From Deltaproteobacteria bacterium (GTDB taxonomy: Bacteria > Myxococcota_A > UBA796 > UBA9615), in assembly GCA_002724675.1 (NCBI GenBank), contig PBPL01000101.1, positions 8 to 64,007 of the forward strand: a stretch of DNA of 64,000 nucleotides, given 5' to 3'. The stretch's first letter is position 1; every line of letters starts with the position of its first letter. Shown piece after piece: positions 55,929 to 64,000 of this stretch. Position numbers and translations under genes: made by a program. Below the pieces are notes generated by a model. That model searched no databases. It worked only from the letters and a program-made list of their open reading frames with translations, and had not been told where the DNA came from.

Positions 55929-57035
55929 GTGCAAATCCTTTGCCCCGTCAACAGCCCCGAAGAGGTCGCTCCGCTTGTGGATGCAGGGGCGGACGAGTTC
56001 TACTGCGGCCTGTTCCCCACAGAGTGGTACGAAAAGTGGGGTCGTGGGAGCTGGCCTAACCGGCGCGGACCAGGCCCGGCCAACATCAGCAAGATTGACG
56101 ACCTGGCGCGGCTGGCAGACAGCGTGCACACCGCAGGCTCCGGTGGGCCCAACCAGCGGCGAGTTCCACTGTTCGTTGCGCTAAACCAACAGTTCTACCC
56201 AGACGACCAGGCGGACTTCCTCCTGGGGATCGCTCAGGACCTCCAGAGCCGCTCCGCTGTGGACGCCTTCATAGTGAGTGACCCCGGCTTCATGGGCCTC
56301 TTGAAGACTGAGATTCCGGAGGCGCGAGTCTTCTCCTCCACGGTGTCTGTTGCAACCAATGCTCAGGCGGTCCGGTTTCTTGCGGACTTGGGATGCTCCC
56401 GAGTCATCCTGTCCCGTCATCTGCACCTGGCCGAGGTCGAGTCGCTGCAACAATCCGTCCCCGATGTGGAGCTGGAGGTCTTCCTGCTCAACGACAACTG
56501 TTATTTCGAGGAAGGCTTCTGCAGCACGACACACACCATGCCGGGCTTCGGTGTCTACTGCATGACACCGTGGGAGCTGAGAGTCACCCGCGATGATCAG
56601 GGGGGGCAGGGTCTATCCGATCCCGAGGAGCGAGCTCGCTGGGACTTTCTCATCGACGAGCACCGACGCTTCCTGGGCAATCTGTCGCACCGGGGTTTTG
56701 GGGGCGGTCGCGCAGCAGTTCCGCTCGGACCATGCGGACTCTGCGCGATCCCCAAGCTCATGGACCTGGGCATCCACAGCGGCAAGATCGTGGGTAGGGA
56801 GGCCAGCCTGTATCGAAAGATCCGCTCTGTTCAGTCCGTCCGATACGTACGGGACAGCTATCGAGAAACCGGAGATGCTCAAGAGGCAAAGAAGAAGGCA
56901 GTAGAGCTTCGTGCTGACCCACGGGGTTGCAGTAGCGGCATGTCCTGTTACTACCGTAGCGCCCGAGACCGCGACCTCATCCCCCTGCCCTCCCGGAGCA
57001 CCAAGAAGCCGACTCGAAACGCGACCAAGCCATGA
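55929..57035 (+). CDS. U32-family protein, UbiU-like
   Basis: MQILCPVNSPEEVAPLVDAGADEFYCGL matches the UbiU/RlhA N-terminus (MELLCPAGN…GADAVYIGL). There are Cys clusters (NDNCYFEEGFC…, PLGPCGLC). Confidence 0.75.
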   Translation: MQILCPVNSPEEVAPLVDAGADEFYCGLFPTEWYEKWGRGSWPNRRGPGPANISKIDDLARLADSVHTAGSGGPNQRRVPLFVALNQQFYPDDQADFLLGIAQDLQSRSAVDAFIVSDPGFMGLLKTEIPEARVFSSTVSVATNAQAVRFLADLGCSRVILSRHLHLAEVESLQQSVPDVELEVFLLNDNCYFEEGFCSTTHTMPGFGVYCMTPWELRVTRDDQGGQGLSDPEERARWDFLIDEHRRFLGNLSHRGFGGGRAAVPLGPCGLCAIPKLMDLGIHSGKIVGREASLYRKIRSVQSVRYVRDSYRETGDAQEAKKKAVELRADPRGCSSGMSCYYRSARDRDLIPLPSRSTKKPTRNATKP

Positions 57036-58927
57036 CCTCAAAGGGGTCCCCTCCCCCCTCTCCAGCCTTTGTGCCCGAGGCCATACGGCCGGACTCGGTG
57101 CGCCCAGCCGACACGGAGGTGTCGGAGCACACGAAGGTCCCCTGGAAGCGCGTCTTCAGCTACCTACTGCCCTACTGGAAGGCCGAGGTCCTTCTGGTGC
57201 TCGGTATGGCGATCGGTATTGGGCTCTCCTTGGTCTACCCGTTCCTGCTGCGAGAAATCGTCGACGATGTGGTGGGCCCCGGCGCCTCGGCTGCGACCGA
57301 TCGATTGTTACCCCTTGCCGCCCTCATCCTGGCCGCCACGGCCGGCGGGGTCGTGCTCTCTGCCGCTGCCGCCTGGCTCCAGACCTGGGTCACAGCACAC
57401 GTCCTCGTTGATCTCCGCTTGGAGTTGTTCCAGCACCTTCAGTCATTGGGCCCTGCTTTCTTTGCCCGCAAGCGACTGGGGGACGTCCTGTCTCGCATGG
57501 GAGGAGACCTCGCCGAGCTGCAACAGGTGGCCACCGGAACTCTCATCAATGTCATTGGGTCGGTCGTCACACTCGTGGGAGTCATCACGGCGCTCACCTT
57601 CCTCCAGCCCCTATTGCTTGCCGTAGGCGCGGCGTTCATCCCCATCGCTATCGGCTTACTGGTGCTGCTTCGGCCCATCATCCGGCGCCTGTCTTTGAGG
57701 ATTCGAGAGCGCAACGCTGACATCTCCCATCAGATGTTGGAGAGCCTAACCGGCCTGCGCACGGTCCTGGCCCACGGGCTTGCCGACCGAGAAGCGAAGC
57801 GGTTCGAGGGCAACAACTTGGCGTTGATCCGAGCCGTTCTGCTCTTCCGCCTGTGGAACTCGGGATCAGCCGGCGCCTTCCAGATCCTCGTCACGGCGAA
57901 CCTCCTGGCTGTCCTCGTCGTTGGTGTCTGGCTGATGCGAACGACTGCGATGACCCCAGGCGACCTCGTCGCGTTCCTCCTGTTCCAACAGCGACTCTAC
58001 GGTCCGCTGCAGGGGCTGGCGGGCACTTATGTCAATCTGCAGCGGGCAGCAGCGTCAGTGGCGCGAGTCTTCGAGTTGCGCGACGCCAAGCCCCTGGAGG
58101 CTGCCGACCCGGCCCTGTCCCTCGACGAACCCTTCCAGGGACGCGTCGAGTTCGACAAGGTTTCGTTCCAATACGCTCCCGGACGACGGGTTCTGACCGA
58201 CCTGACGATGCGAGTGGATCCCGGAGAGACCGTGTGCCTGGTCGGCCCCTCAGGAGTGGGCAAGACGACCGTCCTCGAGCTCATGTTTCGATTCGTCGAC
58301 CCCGATGAGGGACGCGTTCTACTGGACGGCATCGATCTTCGAGAACTGGACCTCGACAGCGTTCTGCCCCAGGTCGCGTTGGTAGGCCAAGAGCCCGCGC
58401 TGTTCGATGGCACTCTACGCGACAACCTCCGATGGCTCCGGCCGGACGCGCCAGAGGCCACCATGAACGAAGTGGTCGAGCAAGTGGGCTTGTCGGAGTT
58501 CGTCCGCAGCCTGCCCCAGGGGCTGGAGACTCCTCTCGGCGACCGCGGCATTCGCCTGTCCTCTGGGCAGCGCCAGCGCATCGGGCTCGCCCGCGCGCTT
58601 CTCCGAGAACCCGTCCTCTTGGTGCTGGACGAAGTCACCTCGGCCCTGGACTGGGAGAGTGACCGGCTCGTCGTCGAAGCACTCCAAGCTCGGCGAGCCT
58701 CGGGCTGCACCACCCTGATCATCTCCCACCGCCTGCATCTTGCCGTCGATGCAGACCGAGTCGTCGTACTAGAAGACGGTCACGTGGCGACCACAGGCAC
58801 CCACCTCACCCTGCTCGACCAGGGCGGACTGTACCGCAGACTTTGGGACTTGCAGCGAGGCGCGGCAGAGGCCAGGAGGTCCCCCAGCAGCGGCAGAACA
58901 CACCCCACCGAGGACGGCTCGGCGTGA
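57032..58927 (+). CDS. ABC transporter, fused permease/ATPase exporter (QhpF-like)
   Basis: It has 6 TM helices, Walker A GPSGVGKTT, the signature LSSGQRQRIGLARAL and Walker B LLVLDEVTSALD. There is an ATGA overlap with the U32 gene. Confidence 0.85.
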   Translation: MTSKGSPPPSPAFVPEAIRPDSVRPADTEVSEHTKVPWKRVFSYLLPYWKAEVLLVLGMAIGIGLSLVYPFLLREIVDDVVGPGASAATDRLLPLAALILAATAGGVVLSAAAAWLQTWVTAHVLVDLRLELFQHLQSLGPAFFARKRLGDVLSRMGGDLAELQQVATGTLINVIGSVVTLVGVITALTFLQPLLLAVGAAFIPIAIGLLVLLRPIIRRLSLRIRERNADISHQMLESLTGLRTVLAHGLADREAKRFEGNNLALIRAVLLFRLWNSGSAGAFQILVTANLLAVLVVGVWLMRTTAMTPGDLVAFLLFQQRLYGPLQGLAGTYVNLQRAAASVARVFELRDAKPLEAADPALSLDEPFQGRVEFDKVSFQYAPGRRVLTDLTMRVDPGETVCLVGPSGVGKTTVLELMFRFVDPDEGRVLLDGIDLRELDLDSVLPQVALVGQEPALFDGTLRDNLRWLRPDAPEATMNEVVEQVGLSEFVRSLPQGLETPLGDRGIRLSSGQRQRIGLARALLREPVLLVLDEVTSALDWESDRLVVEALQARRASGCTTLIISHRLHLAVDADRVVVLEDGHVATTGTHLTLLDQGGLYRRLWDLQRGAAEARRSPSSGRTHPTEDGSA

Positions 58928-59658
58928 ACAAGTCCACTACAGACCGAGGTCCTCTGGTCGCTGTCGTGGACAGTGGCGTGGCAGCCGGACACCCGCACTT
59001 GGAAGGCCTACAGTTGCGTTCCTTCTCCCTCGAGGGAGCGGGATCACCACTGGACCGACGGCCAGAGGCATCGGACCGGACAGGGCATGGCACTGCGTGT
59101 GTTGCCGCCCTATACCGGGCGAATCCCCGGGTGGAGGTCCTAGCAATCCGTCTCTTGGATGAAGAGTTGAGAACAACCGCCGAGGCTGTGGCCGAGGCGA
59201 TCCGCGTCGCTGCCGACGAAGGAGCGAAGGTCATCAACCTCAGCCTGGGCTCGGGCAGGGCCGAATCGAGGTCCCTACTGGAGGAGGCCGTGCTGTACGC
59301 CAGGGAGCGGTCAGCACACTGTGTGGCTGCCGCCCACCCAAAGGGACGGCAGCTTTGGCCAGCCGACCTGCCCAGCGTGATCTCAGCGATTAGTCACCGC
59401 AGTTGCCCTCTCAGCGACCTGTATCGTGTGGAGGGGCCACTGCCCCGGTTTCTCGCGCACGGCTATCCACGGCCCATCGAGGGCCGGCCCCCCACCGCCA
59501 ATCTGTACGGCCCATCGTTTGCCGCCATTCACTTGTCAGCAAAGGTTGCGGAGATTCTGACCAGAGACTCCCAGTTGGCATTCTCCGACATCGTCACCTG
59601 CCTGGAAGAGAGCTGTTCCGGCTCCTGGAATGAAACCAGCACTCACCCTAGGTCTTGA
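58924..59658 (+). CDS. Small intracellular subtilisin-like serine peptidase (S8), QhpE-like leader peptidase candidate
   Basis: The GTG start overlaps the ABC stop (GTGA). It has the D (VVDSGV), H (HGTACVA) and S (GPSFAAIHLS) catalytic motifs. There is no signal peptide. It is ~244 aa. Confidence 0.75.
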   Translation: MNKSTTDRGPLVAVVDSGVAAGHPHLEGLQLRSFSLEGAGSPLDRRPEASDRTGHGTACVAALYRANPRVEVLAIRLLDEELRTTAEAVAEAIRVAADEGAKVINLSLGSGRAESRSLLEEAVLYARERSAHCVAAAHPKGRQLWPADLPSVISAISHRSCPLSDLYRVEGPLPRFLAHGYPRPIEGRPPTANLYGPSFAAIHLSAKVAEILTRDSQLAFSDIVTCLEESCSGSWNETSTHPRS

Positions 59659-59683
59659 CCGACCCCTCCCAGCCCGATAAACG

Positions 59684-60562
59684 GTGTACATGTCTCCCGC
59701 ACCTGACGAACCGAGCTTCGAAGACGCTGAAGAGGCGTTCGAGCGTGGCGACGTCGAGACTGCCCTGGCGATCTGTGAGGGCTACCTCGGCGAAGACGAG
59801 TCCAAGGCACCCGTCGAGGCCCTCTACTTAGCTGCAGAGTGTCTCCTGGAGCTCCAGGAGGTCACCGAAGCGACCCACATGATCGACCTGGCCTTGAACG
59901 AGCACCCAGACGACGCCGTGCTGGTACACACGAAAGCCATTTGCTGCTTCGAGCAAGCCAAGCTCGAAGATGCTCGGAAGGGCTTCGAGAGAGCCGCGAA
60001 CCTGGACGACCAACTGGGGGAGCCGCTGTTCTACCTAGGCATCCTGACCGAACGAGACGGTGACTTCGGCGCAGCAGACCGCCTCTTTGAGCACGGTGTT
60101 CGCTTGGACCCCGAGAACCTGTCCCTGCCGGTCGATTGGCCGGCCGACAAGGTTCGCCAGATCTTCGATGAGGTGGTCGAAGAGATGCCAGATCCTTTTG
60201 GCATGTGGCTGGCTGGTCTGCGCGTGGACGTGGCCGACCTTCCCGACGACGCTGCTCTGGCTGCCGCAGAGGGACCCATCTCCCCACTCGTTCACTGTCT
60301 CTTTGACGGGCCAGCACCAAGCCCTCCGGCGGAGAAGACGGACCCCGACGAGTGGCTTACGACCCACCCGAGCCGCGTCCGACTGTTTCGACGCAACCTG
60401 GGCAAGAGCGCCCACGACGAGTACGAGCTACACCGAGAGATACTCGAAGCTCTCCTCTGGGAATCCATGGAGTTCCTGGGCCTCGACGAGGGACACCTGG
60501 CCAAGCTCGGTATCCTCGACGACGAGGACGACGAGGCGCTGCTCCCGGGCAAGCCCCACTAG
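59684..60562 (+). CDS. TPR-like protein with a C-terminal acidic / zincin-like (DUF1025-like) region
   Basis: It has an N-terminal TPR-like helical repeat, and a C-terminal …HDEYELHREILEALLWESMEFLGLDEGHLAKLGILDDEDDE. The assignment is weak. Confidence 0.4.
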   Translation: MYMSPAPDEPSFEDAEEAFERGDVETALAICEGYLGEDESKAPVEALYLAAECLLELQEVTEATHMIDLALNEHPDDAVLVHTKAICCFEQAKLEDARKGFERAANLDDQLGEPLFYLGILTERDGDFGAADRLFEHGVRLDPENLSLPVDWPADKVRQIFDEVVEEMPDPFGMWLAGLRVDVADLPDDAALAAAEGPISPLVHCLFDGPAPSPPAEKTDPDEWLTTHPSRVRLFRRNLGKSAHDEYELHREILEALLWESMEFLGLDEGHLAKLGILDDEDDEALLPGKPH

Positions 60563-60609
60563 TCTCAGATGGGCAGACCATCTGAGTCGCGAACAGGCTG
60601 GGTAGGTCG

Positions 60610-62031
60610 TCAGCCGCCGCGAGTCAGTATGATGGTGACTTCGTAGTATCGATTGGCAGCACTCGCTTGCTCATCCACATCAGACACCACGACCTGCCAC
60701 GTACCCGAGGAGAGCTCCTGGGAGACCACAGGGGACTCAGCTGCCATGTCCCAGGGCAAGGGGTCGCCGGCCTCACCTTCGGGGTTGATCAGGTGGACTT
60801 GCGGCGCCGTAGTCTCGCCATGGAGGGTGGATGCGAACGAAACATCGAGGACATCGCCTGACTCAGCTTCCAGGGAGTAGCGATCCTGGTCACCCGCACT
60901 GCCAATCCGGCCCCAGTACGTAGCCTGAGCCACGCTCTCACCCGAGCTAAAGGACAGGCCGAGCGCCATTGCCGTCTCCGTGGTCTCGTTGGGTTCCACC
61001 TCGACCGCCGGCATGTCGGCTGGATTGTTCTTCGCCGCGTGCAGGAAGTACCAGTGATCAAAGCCCCCGGAGTCACCAGCGTCCAGGACTTCCAACATGT
61101 AGAAGCCCGTCTCTAGGACGGGTATCCAGGCCCTGGTCTCTGTCTCCCAGTTCATCCCATCGTAGGTCTGGATGAGGCTCTCACCGTCTTCCAGGTAGAC
61201 ATTGACCCGAGTAGTTCCGGCACTCCCGCTGTTGGGGAACCCGTACAGGCGGAGAACCTCCGAGCTGATCACGGGGACGGAAATCCAGTCGCGGTCTTTA
61301 GACGGGGCAAGGGTGCCACCAGCCGTGTAGTTCACCGCGTACTCGTCCACCCCCCAGACCACAGCATCTTCCAGTTGATCGTTGGGCTCGCCAACGTGCA
61401 TGGGATTGGACTCCGAGCCCAACTGAGAAAAGCTAAGCGTGTACTGGCGATCGTCCCCGGAGCCCGGGACGACAACGCTGGGGTCGTTGGCCCAGCTGCG
61501 CCGATCTTCCAGGCTGAAGTAATAGAGATCTGTAGACGGGACCGCCGAGTAAAAGCGTGAATTGGGCTCCACCGAAGGGACGCGGCTGTAGTTGTCGTTG
61601 TAGCCGATCTCGTCCCCATTCCCGTCGTAGTACACAATCACCGTATCCAGGGACTCGGAGTCCTCAGCATCCGCCGTGACTAGGAACAAGTCCCCCACTG
61701 TTCCGTAGAAACGAAACCAATCCACATCATCTGCTGGGGCGATGTGCAGCTGGACCGTATCCCCGTACTCAATTAGCTGCGCCTCATCGGGAAAATTGTT
61801 GCGATCCCCCTCGACGCACTGGCCAAGTTCATCGCAGATCTCGAGCCCGGACTCGTAGTCACAGTCCAGATCCTCGTCACAAACAGCCTCTGGCTCACCT
61901 CCTCCTGGAGGAGCTACAGGCGCGTCGTCATCCTCCTCAGCCTCATCCCCACAGCCCCAGAGGCCCAGCCCTAGAGCGAGCGTCAGCAACAACCAGCGAG
62001 TACGTTGGCGAGAGAGGGAATGAAGTGGCAT
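60610..62031 (-). CDS. Secreted lipoprotein with three PPC (pre-peptidase C-terminal)-like domains
   Basis: The start is at M17. It has the lipobox LGLWGC and an acidic linker. It has repeated …DVDWFRF…, …DRDWISV… and …DQDRYSLEA… modules, typical of PPC/DVUA domains. Confidence 0.55.
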   Translation of the reverse strand: MPLHSLSRQRTRWLLLTLALGLGLWGCGDEAEEDDDAPVAPPGGGEPEAVCDEDLDCDYESGLEICDELGQCVEGDRNNFPDEAQLIEYGDTVQLHIAPADDVDWFRFYGTVGDLFLVTADAEDSESLDTVIVYYDGNGDEIGYNDNYSRVPSVEPNSRFYSAVPSTDLYYFSLEDRRSWANDPSVVVPGSGDDRQYTLSFSQLGSESNPMHVGEPNDQLEDAVVWGVDEYAVNYTAGGTLAPSKDRDWISVPVISSEVLRLYGFPNSGSAGTTRVNVYLEDGESLIQTYDGMNWETETRAWIPVLETGFYMLEVLDAGDSGGFDHWYFLHAAKNNPADMPAVEVEPNETTETAMALGLSFSSGESVAQATYWGRIGSAGDQDRYSLEAESGDVLDVSFASTLHGETTAPQVHLINPEGEAGDPLPWDMAAESPVVSQELSSGTWQVVVSDVDEQASAANRYYEVTIILTRGG

Positions 62032-62092
62032 GAGACGAACTCCAGCGAGTGGGGGCCGTCCTGGCCGGCGCCCGGGCATTCTCGCCTACAGT

Positions 62093-63643
62093 CTACTCCC
62101 ACTCAATGGTCCCCGGGGGCTTGCTGGAGATGTCATAGACCACCCGATTGATGCCGCGGACCTCGTTGATAATGCGGTTCGAGCAACGCGCCAGCACCTC
62201 CCGCGGCATATCAAACCAGTCCGCTGTCATGCCATCGGTTGAGGTCACGGCACGCAAGGCACACACATTCTCGTAGGTGCGTTCGTCACCCATCACCCCC
62301 ACCGTCTGCACCGGCAAGAGGACAGCAAATGCCTGCCAAATGGAGTCGTAGAGGCCTGCTCGACGGATCTCGTCGATAAAGATGTGGTCGGCTCGCCTCA
62401 AGACGTCGCAACGATCCTCGGTGACTTCACCCAGGACCCGCACACCGAGTCCGGGACCTGGGAACGGATGGCGCCCCAGCTTTTCGGAGCCGATGGCTAA
62501 CTCAGCCCCCAGCAAACGCACCTCGTCCTTGAACAGATCGCGCAGCGGCTCGAGGAGCTCGAGCTTCATGTGCTCGGGCAAGCCACCCACATTGTGATGG
62601 CTCTTGATGGTCGCGGAAGGACCACCCTTGGGCGACACACTCTCGATGACGTCGGGATAGAGCGTACCCTGGGCCAAGAAGCGCGCGCCATCCACAGAGT
62701 CGGCTGAGTCCTCAAAGACCTCCACAAACACACGACCGATGATCTTTCGCTTCTGCTCGGGGTCCGTCACACCCTCTAGGGCGCTGAGGAATCTGTCCGA
62801 GGCATCCACATGTCGAAAATCAATACCTCGGAAGTCCTCAAAAAAACCACAGACCTCGGACGCCTCTTCCCAACGAAGCAGGCCGTTGTCGATAAAAATG
62901 CAGGTGGCCTGAGAGCCTATGGCCTGGGCAAGAAGCGCTGCGACGACGGTGGAGTCCACACCACCAGACAAACCCAGGATGACCCGAGAGTCCCCGACGA
63001 CCCGACGGATGCGATCGACCTCCGTCTCGAGGAAGGACCCCATGGTCCAGTCCGGTCGACATCCACAGACATCGACCACGAAGTTCCGGAGGATCGCCCC
63101 CCCTTGGGGAGTGTGCGCGACCTCGGGATGAAACTGCACCCCAAACATGCGGTCATCATCTGAAGCCATGGCTGCAAAAGGCGAGTTGCCGCTGTGGCCC
63201 ACCGACTGAAATCCATCGGGAAGCCGAAGAACCTTGTCACCGTGACTCATCCAAACCTGGAGCCCCGCCTCGTCAGACACCCCTCGCAGGAGACGACTGT
63301 CGCCCTGGGGAGTCAGCTCGGCATGACCGAACTCACGCTCATTGGAAGGCGCAACCTCGCCACCGAAGAGGTGAGTCAAGAGCTGCATGCCGTAGCAGAT
63401 ACCCAGCACCGGAACCCCGAGATCCACATCGGCACGCTCCAGCCGAGGTGCCCCCTCGGCATAGACAGAAGCGGGACCGCCGCTCAGAATCAGGCCCAGA
63501 AGTTCGTCCGACTCCCAGTCCTGCGCCGGTTGTGTATATGGGCGGACCTCGCAGTAGACGTTCTGCTCACGGATCCGGCGAGCGATCAGTTGGGTGTACT
63601 GGGAGCCGAAGTCGAGGATCAAGATCTTTTCGCGCTTGGCCAC
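62093..63643 (-). CDS. guaA: GMP synthase (glutamine-hydrolysing)
   Basis: It has a class-I glutamine amidotransferase domain ([20 protein letters not shown]…) plus ATP-pyrophosphatase and dimerisation domains. The GTG start is chosen at V82, with AGGAGA 7 nt upstream. Confidence 0.9.
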   Translation of the reverse strand: MAKREKILILDFGSQYTQLIARRIREQNVYCEVRPYTQPAQDWESDELLGLILSGGPASVYAEGAPRLERADVDLGVPVLGICYGMQLLTHLFGGEVAPSNEREFGHAELTPQGDSRLLRGVSDEAGLQVWMSHGDKVLRLPDGFQSVGHSGNSPFAAMASDDDRMFGVQFHPEVAHTPQGGAILRNFVVDVCGCRPDWTMGSFLETEVDRIRRVVGDSRVILGLSGGVDSTVVAALLAQAIGSQATCIFIDNGLLRWEEASEVCGFFEDFRGIDFRHVDASDRFLSALEGVTDPEQKRKIIGRVFVEVFEDSADSVDGARFLAQGTLYPDVIESVSPKGGPSATIKSHHNVGGLPEHMKLELLEPLRDLFKDEVRLLGAELAIGSEKLGRHPFPGPGLGVRVLGEVTEDRCDVLRRADHIFIDEIRRAGLYDSIWQAFAVLLPVQTVGVMGDERTYENVCALRAVTSTDGMTADWFDMPREVLARCSNRIINEVRGINRVVYDISSKPPGTIEWE

Positions 63644-64000
63644 CAGGCTGTCTCCTATCTCCGTGAAGGCCCGCAACGGGAGAGAGGCCCTCTTCCACCT
63701 CAGGGGAGTCTGAGCGGCTGTTTTCCGCCGCCTCGGCAAGTCCCAAAGCCCACCGCCCTCCCGTGAGGCCGTCAAGGGTAGCGTCGAGTTCCTGCAGCCG
63801 CAATCGGCGGTCGAGGGATGCTTCGAGATCCTCGGGACCGGCCACCAGTTCCTCCACCCGCAGCCGCCTCCGATCGAAATAGTCAATGGTCACTCGGTGG
63901 ACAATCGCCTGACGCAACTCGATGGTGGCACGACTCTCACGGACAGCCCGCAAGACTTCCCCACTAGAGGCGAGGTCCGCCAGGTCCCACTCCAACCACA

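Noticed and set aside
63567-64000. Partial minus-strand ORF running off the window end, overlapping the guaA start by ~76 nt
   Set aside because: No recognisable domain was found. It overlaps the well-supported guaA N-terminus in another frame. It may be the 3' end of a real upstream gene, but that cannot be judged from the 430 nt available.
1-64000. CRISPR arrays, rRNA/tRNA genes, integrases or transposases, and IS inverted repeats
   Set aside because: None were seen. The only perfect tandem repeat, at 1-60, is protein-coding. The gene content is chromosomal housekeeping plus accessory functions. There are no obvious mobile-element signatures.

Overview
The window is high-GC DNA (roughly two-thirds G+C by eye) and almost entirely coding. 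The gene content suggests Myxococcota-like chromosome: a Ser/Thr kinase fused to an FGE domain, many lipoproteins, MYXO/PEP-CTERM-like tails and thrombospondin type 3 (TSP3) repeats. There are no rRNA or tRNA genes and no CRISPR array. No transposase or integrase ORF was recognised.

Read left to right, the window contains:
- a 5'-truncated secreted repeat protein and a GH57-like glucanotransferase;
- a complete 14-gene complex I operon nuoA-N on the minus strand (3.2-18.4 kb), with unusual insertions in NuoJ and NuoL and an unusual tail on NuoE;
- a hypothetical gene translationally coupled to an ABC1/UbiB kinase, then a Ser/Thr kinase-FGE fusion, a lipase, purM-purN and an FAD-oxidoreductase-like gene;
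- a long minus-strand run rel <- gmk <- yicC <- 3xGT4 + 2xGT9 (LPS-core-like) <- ffh <- dut <- pnp <- rpsO <- truB <- rbfA;
- a MoaD-MoaE fusion, trmB, a flippase-like membrane protein and an NDP-sugar dehydrogenase;
- a large secreted carboxypeptidase-regulatory-like/TSP3 protein, a poly-Asp lipoprotein, an M28 peptidase and a closing guaA.

The most interesting locus is at 52.0-60.6 kb. It is a quinohemoprotein-amine-dehydrogenase-like (qhp-like) maturation operon made of:
- a radical-SAM/SPASM enzyme with an N-terminal RRE-like extension (QhpD-like);
- a 98-aa Cys-rich precursor with a 28-aa leader and a C-x5-W motif (QhpC gamma-like);
- a secreted 7-bladed beta-propeller (QhpB-like);
- a tandem U32 UbiV/UbiU-like pair;
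- an ABC exporter (QhpF-like);
- a small intracellular subtilase (QhpE-like);
- a TPR/zincin-like protein.

No dihaem alpha subunit (QhpA) and no flavin monooxygenase (QhpG) are present in the window. This suggests an alpha-less quinoprotein system in which an O2-independent U32 hydroxylase pair replaces QhpG in building a CTQ-like cofactor. That is an inference from the sequence, not a verified result.

Two genes have conserved N-terminal sequence lying upstream of their first canonical start codon: the carboxypeptidase-regulatory-like (CarbopepD-like) protein and the first U32 gene. That points either to non-canonical initiation or to local sequence errors.

All coordinates are anchored to the supplied ORF track. 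My hand-counted positions inside lines may be off by 1-2 nt.
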